Assembly: GCA_963675215.1 (NCBI GenBank)
Contig: OY775914.1
Location: 11,181 to 75,180, forward strand
Source of the DNA: Bacteroidales bacterium
GTDB lineage: Bacteria > Bacteroidota > Bacteroidia > Bacteroidales > GCA-2711565
Length of the DNA stretch: 64,000 nt
Reading direction: 5' to 3'
The notes beneath the pieces were generated by a model. The model was not told the DNA's origin, did not search any database, and saw only the letters and a list, made by a program, of their open reading frames with translations. Below, piece by piece: positions 34,876 to 44,139 of the stretch; the first letter of the stretch is position 1; every line of letters begins with the position of its first letter. The position numbers and the translations under genes are program-made.

Positions 34876-35316
34876 ATGAAAAATCTATTTCTTTTAATTC
34901 TAATTTTAGCACTTATATCCTGCAAAAAGGATGATAAGTCTGGAATAGAAGGTGACATTAAGGTTCATACCATAAATAGGATGGAAGTTAGTTATGTTGA
35001 TGCCAATAGTGTTGACCTGCTCAATCAAAATAACTCCAATGCTTTTAATCATAGTGCTATAAAATTATATTATTTGGAAAATGGTGAGAAGAAATTTCAA
35101 GACATTTATTTTTCTTGTGAAGAAGCTTTGTGTTTTCTTAGGCTTTATACCATGGAAGTGCCGTTATTTCTTGAGTTAGATAATCAGGTTACGGATACCA
35201 TCACTAGCGAATTAATTATGGATGGTGCTAACCATAAAAGAAAAATTTGGTATAATGGTGAGCTAATCTCAGATGCCTTGGCCGGTAGCGAATTTCATTT
35301 TACCATCGTAAAGTAA
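34876..35316 (+). CDS. Small lipoprotein, function unknown (paralog A)
   Basis: 146 aa with lipobox LISC. It shares VSYVDAN..DLLNQ.N.NAFN, LELD..VTDTI.SE and KIWYNGELI with the next gene. Confidence 0.7.
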   Translation: MKNLFLLILILALISCKKDDKSGIEGDIKVHTINRMEVSYVDANSVDLLNQNNSNAFNHSAIKLYYLENGEKKFQDIYFSCEEALCFLRLYTMEVPLFLELDNQVTDTITSELIMDGANHKRKIWYNGELISDALAGSEFHFTIVK

Positions 35317-35350
35317 AATAATTTTCCAAAAATTTTATATTTAGAAAACT

Positions 35351-35812
35351 ATGAAAAATCTCTTTTTTTTAATTCTGTTAATACTTGTTGCATCTTGCAA
35401 GGAAAAAGTTACCACCGAAGGCGGCATCAACATTAATGTTGGTATGACGGTTAGTTTCGTTGATGCAAATGGTGAGGATCTCTTAAATCAGGACAATCCA
35501 AATGCATTTAATAAAAATGACATTTTCCTTTATCATCAGGTAAATGGTAAAAAAATATTGTATTCACCCGGACCAATGATGGATGCTCCGAATGGAACAA
35601 CCTTTAATTGTGAGCGCCCTTTATGCGCTATTGGTATTCAAAGGCTTGCCGACACAACTTATCTGGAGCTTGATGATTTCGTTACTGATACCATCTATAG
35701 TGAAACAATAAGGAATGGTGGTCATATTTACACTTCCAAAATATGGTATAATGGTGAGCTAATTTATGGGCCAGAAGATGCTGTTGAAAAATATTTTATA
35801 ATTGTTAGATAA
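35351..35812 (+). CDS. Small lipoprotein, function unknown (paralog B)
   Basis: 153 aa with lipobox VASC. It is a tandem paralog of 34876-35316. Confidence 0.7.
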   Translation: MKNLFFLILLILVASCKEKVTTEGGININVGMTVSFVDANGEDLLNQDNPNAFNKNDIFLYHQVNGKKILYSPGPMMDAPNGTTFNCERPLCAIGIQRLADTTYLELDDFVTDTIYSETIRNGGHIYTSKIWYNGELIYGPEDAVEKYFIIVR

Positions 35813-35849
35813 AAAAATTTGCTAATAATTGAATCGAATTAAAGTACCC

Positions 35850-35937
35850 TTCGATACATTCCGAAAATATCGGAATACTCAGAGTACAGATGGGGCATTG
35901 AGTGATTCCGCTTTAAGCGGGATTGTATCGAAATGCC
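35850..35937 (+). repeat. REPIN/BIME-like structured element, copy 2
   Basis: TTCGATAC-[ATTCCGaaaatatCGGAAT]-ACTCA-17 nt-GGCATTGAGT-[GATTCCGCtttaaGCGGGATT]-GTATCGAAATGCC. The flanks match copy 1. Both hairpin stems differ from copy 1 but remain paired. Confidence 0.55.
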
Positions 35938-35947
35938 CGACTAAGAA

Positions 35948-37951
35948 TTAACTCATTACCTCATCAATCAAATCATCATTCGCAAAATTAGGAAGCGTAA
36001 CCTTTAATTTAGGTTCTGCTTTCATGGCACGTTTGATTGCAAAAACAGCACCTTCATTTCGAGCCCAGCTACGGCGAGAAATTCCATTGTTTACATCCCA
36101 ATACAACATTTGATGCAAACGTTGATCTGCCGCTGGTGTTCCATCCAGCAACATTCCAAAACCACCATTCATCACTTCGCCCCAGCCCACGCCTCCACCG
36201 TTGTGGATGCTTACCCAGGTTGCTCCTCTAAAGCTATCGCCGATCACATTTTGTACTGCCATGTCGGCAGTAAATTGCGAACCATCATAAATATTCGAAG
36301 TTTCGCGGTAAGGAGAATCTGTACCCGAAACATCGTGATGATCACGTCCTAAAACTACCGATGCAGAAATTTTTCCATCTTTAATTGCCTTGTTAAAGGC
36401 CGCAGCAATTTTGGTTCTGCCTTCGCAATCGGCGTATAAAATTCTCGCCTGCGATCCTACTACCAATTTGTTTTTTTGTGCCTCTTTAATCCACTGAATA
36501 TTATCGTGCATTTGTTGACTAATCTCATCAGGAGAAGTCGCAGAAATCTCACTCAAAACATCCATGGCAATTTGATCCGTAATTTCTAAATCTTTTGGAT
36601 CACCTGAAGCACACACCCAACGGAAGGGGCCGAAACCATAATCAAAACACATGGGTCCCATGATATCCTGGACATAGGAAGGATATTTAAACTTTCCATC
36701 TGCGCTAAAAATATCGGCATCCGCCCTGCCCGATTCAAGCAAAAAGGCATTTCCGTAATCGAAAAAATACATCCCCTTTGCTGTTAAGGTATTGATGGCT
36801 TTAACATGTCTGCGCAAGGATTCCTTTACTTTTAATTTAAATTTTTCAGGATCATTTGCGATCATTTCGTTGGATGCCTCAAAACTCATCCCGACCGGAT
36901 AGTAACCTCCCGACCATGGATTATGCAATGAGGTTTGGTCAGAACCTAAATCCACAAAAATGTTTTCAGCGGCCAGACGTTCCCATAAATCAACCACATT
37001 GCCCTGATAAGCAATTGAAACTGCTTCCTTATTTTTCTTTGCTTTTTTAACACGACTTATCAAATCTGTTAAATCAATAAAAACCTCATCAACCCATCCT
37101 TGTTCAAAGCGCGTTTGAACAACCTTTGGGTTAACTTCAGCAATCAGGCCAATCGCGCCGGCAATTACCGCAGCCTTTGGCTGAGCCCCTGACATTCCTC
37201 CTAAACCTGAGGTACAGAATATCTTTCCTCCTAATCCTTCTCCATCCTTTTCAATTTTTCGGCCTGCATTTAAAACTGTGATAGTGGTTCCATGCACAAT
37301 TCCCTGAGGTCCAATATACATAAACGAACCTGCAGTCATTTGTCCGTATTGTGAAACACCCAGCGCATTAAATTTTTCCCAATGATCCTGACTCGAATAA
37401 TTTGGGATAACCATTCCATTGGTAATAACAACTCTTGGGGCAGCTTTGTGAGATGGGAATAATCCCATCGGGTGGCCGGAGTATAATGCCAAGGTTTGCT
37501 CATCAGTCATTTGAGCCAGATACTGCATTGTTAAGAGATATTGTGCCCAGTTCTGAAAAACGGCTCCATTTCCTCCATAGGTGATTAACTCGAGCGGGTG
37601 CTGCGCCACCACCGGATCTAAATTATTTTGAAGCATAAGCATAATGCCTGCCGCCTGTTTTGATTGATGGGGATATTCCTCAATATTTCGCGCATGCATT
37701 TTATAAGTCGGGCGGAAACGGTACATGTAAATCCTTCCATACTTCTTCAATTCTTCGGCAAATTCCGGAGCCAATACTTTATGATGCTTAGGCTCGAAAT
37801 AACGAAGTGCATTTCTTAAGGCTAATTTTTTCTCTTCCTTGTTTAATATGTCTTTTCTGATGGGTGCATGATTCGTGTTTGAATCATAAATTGGCATCTC
37901 AGGTAATTGAGCAGGAATTCCTTCAAGGATGGCTTTTTGGAAATCAGTCAC
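35948..37951 (-). CDS. hutU: Urocanate hydratase
   Basis: 667 aa, the long Bacteroidota form. Typical HutU blocks are present: GGMSGAQPKA and YGNAFL. Confidence 0.9.
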   Translation of the reverse strand: MTDFQKAILEGIPAQLPEMPIYDSNTNHAPIRKDILNKEEKKLALRNALRYFEPKHHKVLAPEFAEELKKYGRIYMYRFRPTYKMHARNIEEYPHQSKQAAGIMLMLQNNLDPVVAQHPLELITYGGNGAVFQNWAQYLLTMQYLAQMTDEQTLALYSGHPMGLFPSHKAAPRVVITNGMVIPNYSSQDHWEKFNALGVSQYGQMTAGSFMYIGPQGIVHGTTITVLNAGRKIEKDGEGLGGKIFCTSGLGGMSGAQPKAAVIAGAIGLIAEVNPKVVQTRFEQGWVDEVFIDLTDLISRVKKAKKNKEAVSIAYQGNVVDLWERLAAENIFVDLGSDQTSLHNPWSGGYYPVGMSFEASNEMIANDPEKFKLKVKESLRRHVKAINTLTAKGMYFFDYGNAFLLESGRADADIFSADGKFKYPSYVQDIMGPMCFDYGFGPFRWVCASGDPKDLEITDQIAMDVLSEISATSPDEISQQMHDNIQWIKEAQKNKLVVGSQARILYADCEGRTKIAAAFNKAIKDGKISASVVLGRDHHDVSGTDSPYRETSNIYDGSQFTADMAVQNVIGDSFRGATWVSIHNGGGVGWGEVMNGGFGMLLDGTPAADQRLHQMLYWDVNNGISRRSWARNEGAVFAIKRAMKAEPKLKVTLPNFANDDLIDEVMS

Positions 37952-38086
37952 GGCTTCTTAATTTTTGTTTAACGCTGATACAAAATTACATTATTGCCGA
38001 CAATTCTCCATTGTTAAAACCGATTTATTTTCATATATTGCATGTAACGTTAAACTATAGATATCTGCACAAATAGACCCCTCTTT

Positions 38087-40282
38087 ATGAAAGTTATATG
38101 CATTGGCAACTACCCCCCTCGAAAATGTGGAATTGCAACTTTTACTGAAAACCTCATTAAATCGATGCTGCTGGCAGCCAATGATAAAAATGAGCCAATA
38201 GAAGTTGAAATAATCGCAATGAATGACCACAATCAAAGTTATGAATACGATGTAAGAGTTGTTAGACATATTCATGATCATGCATTGAATGAATACTTTG
38301 AAGCAGCTGAATACATTAACCAATCAGGAGCGGAGGTATGTTTATTGCAACACGAGTACGGGATATTCGGAGGTGACAGCGGAATCCTTTTATTGCGCTT
38401 ACTTAGAAATATAAATATCCCTATTGTAACAACTTTGCACACGGTTTTACAAAGCCCCACTTTTCAGCAAAAAGAAATTCTAAGAAGCATTGCCAAATAT
38501 TCGTCCAAAATGGTGGTGATGAGTAAACTGGCAGTTTCATTCCTCACTGATGTTTTCGGGATTGATAAGGATAAAATATTGAGGATTGAACATGGAGTTC
38601 CGGATTATAAGTCCTATGTTGAAAAAGATAATCCCATCGCTAAAAAGTTCGAAGGACGAAAAGTAATGCTGACATTTGGGTTAATTGGCAGAAGCAAAGG
38701 AATAGAAGTCACTTTGCGGTCTTTGCCCGAAATTGTGCAAAAACATCCTGAGGTATTATATGTCATTTTAGGGAAGACACACCCTCATGTGGTTAAGCAT
38801 GCTGGTGAAGAATATAGAGATTATCTGACCGAAATAACCAAAAAACTTAACCTTGAAAACAATGTAATGTTTGAAAACAAATATGTTGATGAAGAAGAAT
38901 TAATCAATTATTTGTTAGCAAGTGATATTTATGTTACACCCTATCATAACAAAGCACAAATTACAAGCGGAACATTGGCCTATGCAGTGGGTGGAGGCTC
39001 GGCAGTTATTTCTACTCCATATTGGCATGCCGAAGAATTGTTAGCTAATGAAACCGGGTTATTATTTGATTTCGGCGGCACAACAGAACTATCCAATATT
39101 GTAAATAATTTACTTGATAATCCTGAAAAATTAAAAGCATACCAAGAAAGAGCTTATACCTATGGCTTAACCATCGCATGGCCCATCATTGGCCAGCAAT
39201 ATAATAACTGCTTGAAAGAATCAATAAGTAAGTGGGAAAAACAACCCGATCATTATCACATCCCTGATTTAAAGCGTCTTCATTTAGAACGAATGACGGA
39301 TAAGACCGGAATTATTCAATTTGCAAAAGGCAGTCTTCCTGATTATAAAACCGGATATTGCTTAGACGATAATGCAAGGGCTTTATTAATCTCTTTAAGA
39401 GCCTATAAACGATTCAAAGATGACAATTTTCTGCAGCTTATTTATCGTTACAGCACCTATCTTATATACATGCGCAACAAGGATGGGAGTTTCAAAAACT
39501 TTTTAGGTTATAACAAAGATTTTATTGATCAGGTTGGATCTGATGATGCTTTTGGTCGTGCAATATGGGCATTAGGGTATCTCATCAGATATGCACCTAA
39601 TGATTCGATTCTGCAAATTGGCCATGAGATGTTTATCCGATCAATGGGATGGTTTAATGAACTTAACCATGTGAGGGGTTGGGCAAATGCCATGTTGGGA
39701 TTGTATCATTATTTTAAAAAATATCCTGATAGGGAAGAGTTTGGTATCAAGATTGATTTTTTTGCAAAGAAAATGGTAAATGCATTTCATCAGTATAGTA
39801 CTGAGGACTGGCATTGGTTTGAAGATGTGTTAACCTATGATAATGGGCTTTTACCAGCGGCAATGTACCGTGCATATGAGGTTCTTCATAATAATGAATA
39901 TCTTGAAATTGCAAATAAATCCAGTAATTTCCTTGAAAGCAAATGTTTTACCGAAGGGCATTTAAGAATTATTGGCAACCGAGAATGGTATCCTATGTTT
40001 GGTGAGTTTGCCATTTACGGGCAACAACCGATTGATGCGGCTGCTATGGTAATTCTATATCATGCTAAATATCAGGCTACACAATGTGATGATGCAAAAC
40101 AAAAAATTAAAATTTGTTTTGAGTGGTTTTTAGGCCGAAATGACCATGGAATTCCAATGTATGATGAAGAAACCGGCGGTTGTAACGACGGACTTGAAGA
40201 ATTAACCATAAATAGAAATCAAGGGGCAGAAAGTACTATTTCGTACATTCATGCTTATTTGATTGCCAGCGATTATTACTAA
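38087..40282 (+). CDS. GT4-family glycosyltransferase with a ~340-aa C-terminal domain of unknown function
   Basis: 731 aa. The N-terminal part has a GT-B/GT4 pattern (MKVICIGNYPPRKCGIATFTENL, ...VTPY...SGTLAYAVGGG). Residues ~390-731 are a separate Trp/Tyr-rich helical domain. Confidence 0.75.
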   Translation: MKVICIGNYPPRKCGIATFTENLIKSMLLAANDKNEPIEVEIIAMNDHNQSYEYDVRVVRHIHDHALNEYFEAAEYINQSGAEVCLLQHEYGIFGGDSGILLLRLLRNINIPIVTTLHTVLQSPTFQQKEILRSIAKYSSKMVVMSKLAVSFLTDVFGIDKDKILRIEHGVPDYKSYVEKDNPIAKKFEGRKVMLTFGLIGRSKGIEVTLRSLPEIVQKHPEVLYVILGKTHPHVVKHAGEEYRDYLTEITKKLNLENNVMFENKYVDEEELINYLLASDIYVTPYHNKAQITSGTLAYAVGGGSAVISTPYWHAEELLANETGLLFDFGGTTELSNIVNNLLDNPEKLKAYQERAYTYGLTIAWPIIGQQYNNCLKESISKWEKQPDHYHIPDLKRLHLERMTDKTGIIQFAKGSLPDYKTGYCLDDNARALLISLRAYKRFKDDNFLQLIYRYSTYLIYMRNKDGSFKNFLGYNKDFIDQVGSDDAFGRAIWALGYLIRYAPNDSILQIGHEMFIRSMGWFNELNHVRGWANAMLGLYHYFKKYPDREEFGIKIDFFAKKMVNAFHQYSTEDWHWFEDVLTYDNGLLPAAMYRAYEVLHNNEYLEIANKSSNFLESKCFTEGHLRIIGNREWYPMFGEFAIYGQQPIDAAAMVILYHAKYQATQCDDAKQKIKICFEWFLGRNDHGIPMYDEETGGCNDGLEELTINRNQGAESTISYIHAYLIASDYY

Positions 40283-40300
40283 TATCCGAAATTAAAATAT

Positions 40301-42166
40301 TTATTTCTTTAAAATTTTCTCAATTCTTAATAATAACACGTCTCGATCAACGGGCTTCTTAATATATTCTATGGCACCCATCTTTAGTCCTTTGGCTTCT
40401 TCTTCTTTACTCGTAAATCCGGATAAAAGCACAACTGGAATTTTTATATTATTATCGTTGATATAATCGAGCAGTTGATAGCCATCGAAATTTGGCATGG
40501 CAATATCTGATAAGATCAGATCAAATTTACCTTTTGAAACTTGAATGAGTGCAACAATTCCATCAGGTGCAATTTCAACTTCATATCCGCCTGATCTTAA
40601 AATACCTGCAATTATTTTTTGATTGATAACCTCATCTTCAACAACTAAAATTCTTGCTTTAGCCACTTTGGCTTCGCCATTTTTCTTTTCAAGGTTATAG
40701 CCAGCAGGAATCAACCTTTCCATAAGATCATCCATCGGTATTGCCGCGTAAGTAGAAGCTGTATCAGACATGGCATAAGGCAAAACCAACTGATTGTTAT
40801 GAATAAGCGAACCACATGAATAAACCACATTGGGCACATAACCTTCCCGTTCCTCATCATTAGGCATCAGCAAGGGTTCACTCAATTGCCCGATAACCTT
40901 AGTGGGGTCTTCCAAATCAAGCAAGGTGGCACCTAAGCAATATTTTCGCATGGTGCCAACTCCATGAGTAATGACCAACCATCCGTATTCAGTTTCAATC
41001 GGCGATCCACAATTCCCAACCTGTATATATTCCCAGGGGAATTTGGGTTCTTGTATCATTTTAGCTTCATTCCAAATATTAATATCTTCAGAACACATGA
41101 TGTAATTATTGATCCCATCAAGCCTAGAAAGCATGGCATACTTACCATTCAGTTTCCGAGGAAATAATGCCATCCCTTTATTTTGTGCATTCTCCCCATG
41201 AATAGGCATAATTTTAAAATGATAAAAATCTTTGGTCACGATCAGCTTTGGCATAATGGTAAATCCATTATACGCAGTGTAGGTTGCATAGTACTTTATG
41301 GTACCGTCATTTTCGGTAAACTTTACAAACCGAGCATCTTCAATTCCATTACTTTCGGAAGCCGCTATCGGAAAGATTACACGGTCGGAAATTCCCGTAT
41401 CGAGTGAAAATGTAATTTCATAATGTGAATCTGCCAGCCATGTTATTGTTTGTAGTTTTTTCTTGGTAGCATCATCGGGTTTGATTTCAAGTATGGTTTG
41501 ATTGATGGCATTCATTAATTCATTATAATCAAATTCAAATCGCAGTTTTTCAGATACCGGTGCAAGTTCCTCTTCTGATAAGTGCATTTCCATTAATTTA
41601 TGGAAAAACTCCTTTTTCTGATAAACTTTATTTCTAATGGCTTCGGCTTCATCAACTAATTTACCGGTTTGAACAACTTGTAAATCATTATTGGCATCCA
41701 GTATACCACCCCTAAAAACGATTGAAGAAATATGGCCTTCACCGGTAGCCCTAAAACTGATGATTACCCTTTTTTCTCCTTCCATCAGTCCGGTTTGATC
41801 AGGGTCTTCAACCATCGATGGGTTAAAAAAGGCTGCCGACTCAATGGAATATTCACTGGTTAAATAAGCGCCAATCAGCAGCTTTTTAAATTCCTGGATT
41901 TCATTCAAATTCCCATTTCTACCATTCATTATTTCGTTGGCACGTTCAAAATTTGTCAGAAATATTCGGGAGATATTCCGATGACGATTTGAAAAATCGC
42001 GTAACGACTGGTTGAGTGTAAGCTTTGCAGCCTGATCAGGCATATCAATTACCTTTTGAATGATAGATTGTACGCGTGTTTTCGGGCCGGGAAAAAAAAA
42101 CCGAGTAATAACCCTCCTGGGATCTGAATTAAACCGTACAGCTTTTCTGTATACTCTTGTGCTCAT
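40301..42166 (-). CDS. GH130-like glycosidase/phosphorylase-related protein fused to a C-terminal response-regulator receiver (REC) domain
   Basis: 621 aa. The central beta-propeller-like region (NGIEDARFVKF...YYATYTAYNG...GWLVITHGVG...LPYAMSD) resembles the DUF377/GH130 family. The C-terminal ~120 aa form a canonical REC domain (ILVVEDE, LILSDIAMP, VVLLSG, IKKP). Confidence 0.6.
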   Translation of the reverse strand: MSTRVYRKAVRFNSDPRRVITRFFFPGPKTRVQSIIQKVIDMPDQAAKLTLNQSLRDFSNRHRNISRIFLTNFERANEIMNGRNGNLNEIQEFKKLLIGAYLTSEYSIESAAFFNPSMVEDPDQTGLMEGEKRVIISFRATGEGHISSIVFRGGILDANNDLQVVQTGKLVDEAEAIRNKVYQKKEFFHKLMEMHLSEEELAPVSEKLRFEFDYNELMNAINQTILEIKPDDATKKKLQTITWLADSHYEITFSLDTGISDRVIFPIAASESNGIEDARFVKFTENDGTIKYYATYTAYNGFTIMPKLIVTKDFYHFKIMPIHGENAQNKGMALFPRKLNGKYAMLSRLDGINNYIMCSEDINIWNEAKMIQEPKFPWEYIQVGNCGSPIETEYGWLVITHGVGTMRKYCLGATLLDLEDPTKVIGQLSEPLLMPNDEEREGYVPNVVYSCGSLIHNNQLVLPYAMSDTASTYAAIPMDDLMERLIPAGYNLEKKNGEAKVAKARILVVEDEVINQKIIAGILRSGGYEVEIAPDGIVALIQVSKGKFDLILSDIAMPNFDGYQLLDYINDNNIKIPVVLLSGFTSKEEEAKGLKMGAIEYIKKPVDRDVLLLRIEKILKK

Positions 42167-42251
42167 ATGAAAAAATTTTAACCCGCTAAATATAGGTAAA
42201 AAAAGATGTTTAAAAATAAGTGGATTGCCTAGAAAGAGGTAATCTCTATAA

Positions 42252-42854
42252 TTATTCGGGCCTGTTTTTTAAAATATTATACAGAAACTCCCTTGCCCTA
42301 AAAAGCTGTGCTTTAACTGTACCTAGCGGCAGATCAAGTTCTTTGGAGATTTCTTCATAAGAATATTCTTTAAAATATCTTAGTTCGATTAAGGTACGAT
42401 AGTGCGGTTTAAGTTTTTCAACCACATCACGCATCATTTCTATCTTTTGTTTTTTGATAATATGCTCTTCAGGGTCGAGGGTTTGCGAAGGAATTCTATC
42501 ACCCATTTCATGACTGTTATCGTACTCTCCTTTTCTATTTAACGAGAAAGTATTCTTTTTCTTTTTCCGAATAAAATCGATGCAATTATTTGAGGCAATT
42601 CTAAAAAGCCAGGTACTAAATGCATAATCAGGCGTGTACTGTTCAAGTTTTTTAAATGCTTTTCCGAATGCTTCAATGGTAAGATCATCTGCATCATCAG
42701 GATTATTCGTCATTTTCAGCAGCATAAAGTATAATGAATCCCGATAGTTATTCATCAACTGAGCAAATGCTTTCTGGTCACCGGTTTTAATCGCTAACTG
42801 AACCAACTTATAATCACGTAAGCTTTTCTCCGTAAGATGAGACCCTACTTCCAT
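42252..42854 (-). CDS. ECF-type RNA polymerase sigma-70 family factor
   Basis: 200 aa. Region 2 (DADDLTIEAFGKAFKKL, FSTWLFRIASNNCIDFIRKK) and region 4 (YEEISKELDLPLGTVKAQLFRAREFL) are both present. Confidence 0.85.
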   Translation of the reverse strand: MEVGSHLTEKSLRDYKLVQLAIKTGDQKAFAQLMNNYRDSLYFMLLKMTNNPDDADDLTIEAFGKAFKKLEQYTPDYAFSTWLFRIASNNCIDFIRKKKKNTFSLNRKGEYDNSHEMGDRIPSQTLDPEEHIIKKQKIEMMRDVVEKLKPHYRTLIELRYFKEYSYEEISKELDLPLGTVKAQLFRAREFLYNILKNRPE

Positions 42855-43978
42855 TTGTTTTGTTTAATAAATATATTTGATATTTTTACAGAAATTAGTA
42901 TAAATACCATTAGTAACTCCAGCAACGGTGAAATTAATAATAAATTGCGCTCTGATAATACGGAGGAGCATTTTTTTATGATCAACAGTTGTGTGAATAA
43001 CCTCAAAACAAACAGCCCTAGTACAAATAAAATACCATAATTAAATACAAGTAAAGCAGCCAATAAGCCATAAAAAGTGAGGAGGCTCAATCTATACTTA
43101 CCTCTTAAAAACTTGGTTCCTGTTTTATAATATTTACCTGTATTTAATTGTTGTTTCTTTTTTCTATACCATAAAGAAAATGAAGGAATAAAATTGGCAT
43201 TCATGAAACTATCATGCTGAATTTCAACCTGTGTGTTATTCTTAGTCGCCACCCTGTTAATGAATATATCATCATCGCCTGTTTGTAGTTTATAATGAGA
43301 GATGAAACCACCCGACTTATAAAACAATGATTTTCGATAGGCAAGGTTTCGCCCAACACCGATGGATGTTTTGTTGATTAAAGAATGAGACAAATAATGA
43401 ATCCCTGTTTGGAAATTATCATATCGCATGAGTGTATTTAAGAATCCCTTGGCAGGTTTAATTGGACTGTAACCTAAAACAATTTCTGTTTTACTTGTAA
43501 ACGCGGATGCCATTTGTTTAATCCATTGGGTAGAACTCGGTTCACAATCTGCATCGGTTAATAAGAGTAATTCGTTTTTTGCCGACTTAATGCCTAATGC
43601 CAAAGGGAATTTTTTTCCACTAAAGAAATTTAAATTTTGTTGAATGTTAACGATACTCAAATGGGGATATTGACGTTCAAAATCCTGCAGAAGTTGAAGT
43701 GTGTCATCGGTTGATGCGTCATTAACAACAACTACCTCAAAATCGGGATAATCCTGTTCGAGTATTTTTGGAAGATATTGTCCAAGGTTATAATCTTGGT
43801 TTCTGGCGCAAATAACGACTGAAACCGGAAGTGGTTTTTTATTCCTCTTTTTCGATTTATAAAAGGCCAACTTGCCAAAAACAAACCAGTAATAGACTAG
43901 CTGGTCGATGAACGCGATAACATATATTATAAATAGGATGAAGTATAAAGATACTTCAGGAACGGGCATTTCCATCAT
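42845..43978 (-). CDS. Membrane-anchored GT2-family glycosyltransferase
   Basis: 377 aa. It has an N-terminal TM segment, the GT-A motifs VSVVICARNQ and VVVVNDASTDDT, the DxD-like LTDADC, and C-terminal TM helices. Its stop overlaps the sigma gene start by 10 nt. Confidence 0.8.
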   Translation of the reverse strand: MMEMPVPEVSLYFILFIIYVIAFIDQLVYYWFVFGKLAFYKSKKRNKKPLPVSVVICARNQDYNLGQYLPKILEQDYPDFEVVVVNDASTDDTLQLLQDFERQYPHLSIVNIQQNLNFFSGKKFPLALGIKSAKNELLLLTDADCEPSSTQWIKQMASAFTSKTEIVLGYSPIKPAKGFLNTLMRYDNFQTGIHYLSHSLINKTSIGVGRNLAYRKSLFYKSGGFISHYKLQTGDDDIFINRVATKNNTQVEIQHDSFMNANFIPSFSLWYRKKKQQLNTGKYYKTGTKFLRGKYRLSLLTFYGLLAALLVFNYGILFVLGLFVLRLFTQLLIIKKCSSVLSERNLLLISPLLELLMVFILISVKISNIFIKQNKWK

Positions 43979-44139
43979 CTGTTAATTTATGCTAAAATTA
44001 TTCATTCTTCGTTAATAAAATTTAACTTAGAGCAATTTTTTATAAACATGAAACAATCATGTCATTTGCTCTTTGGAAACGCTATCGGACACTAGGGCAT
44101 AGGTACTGGAGGAACAGTGTTTTACGTAATTATTAACAA

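Noticed and set aside
34602-35937. Integron attC sites or tRNA-like genes as explanations for the structured elements
   Set aside because: There are no GTTRRRY/RYYYAAC core sites and no integron integrase. There is no element between the two cassette genes. The four-way junction lacks the T-loop, D-loop and anticodon-arm geometry of a tRNA.
37991-38323. A 110-aa minus-strand ORF overlapping the start of the GT4 gene
   Set aside because: It overlaps a well-supported GT4 coding region on the opposite strand. Its composition is low-complexity and Ile/Phe-rich, as expected from antisense translation of AT-rich DNA.
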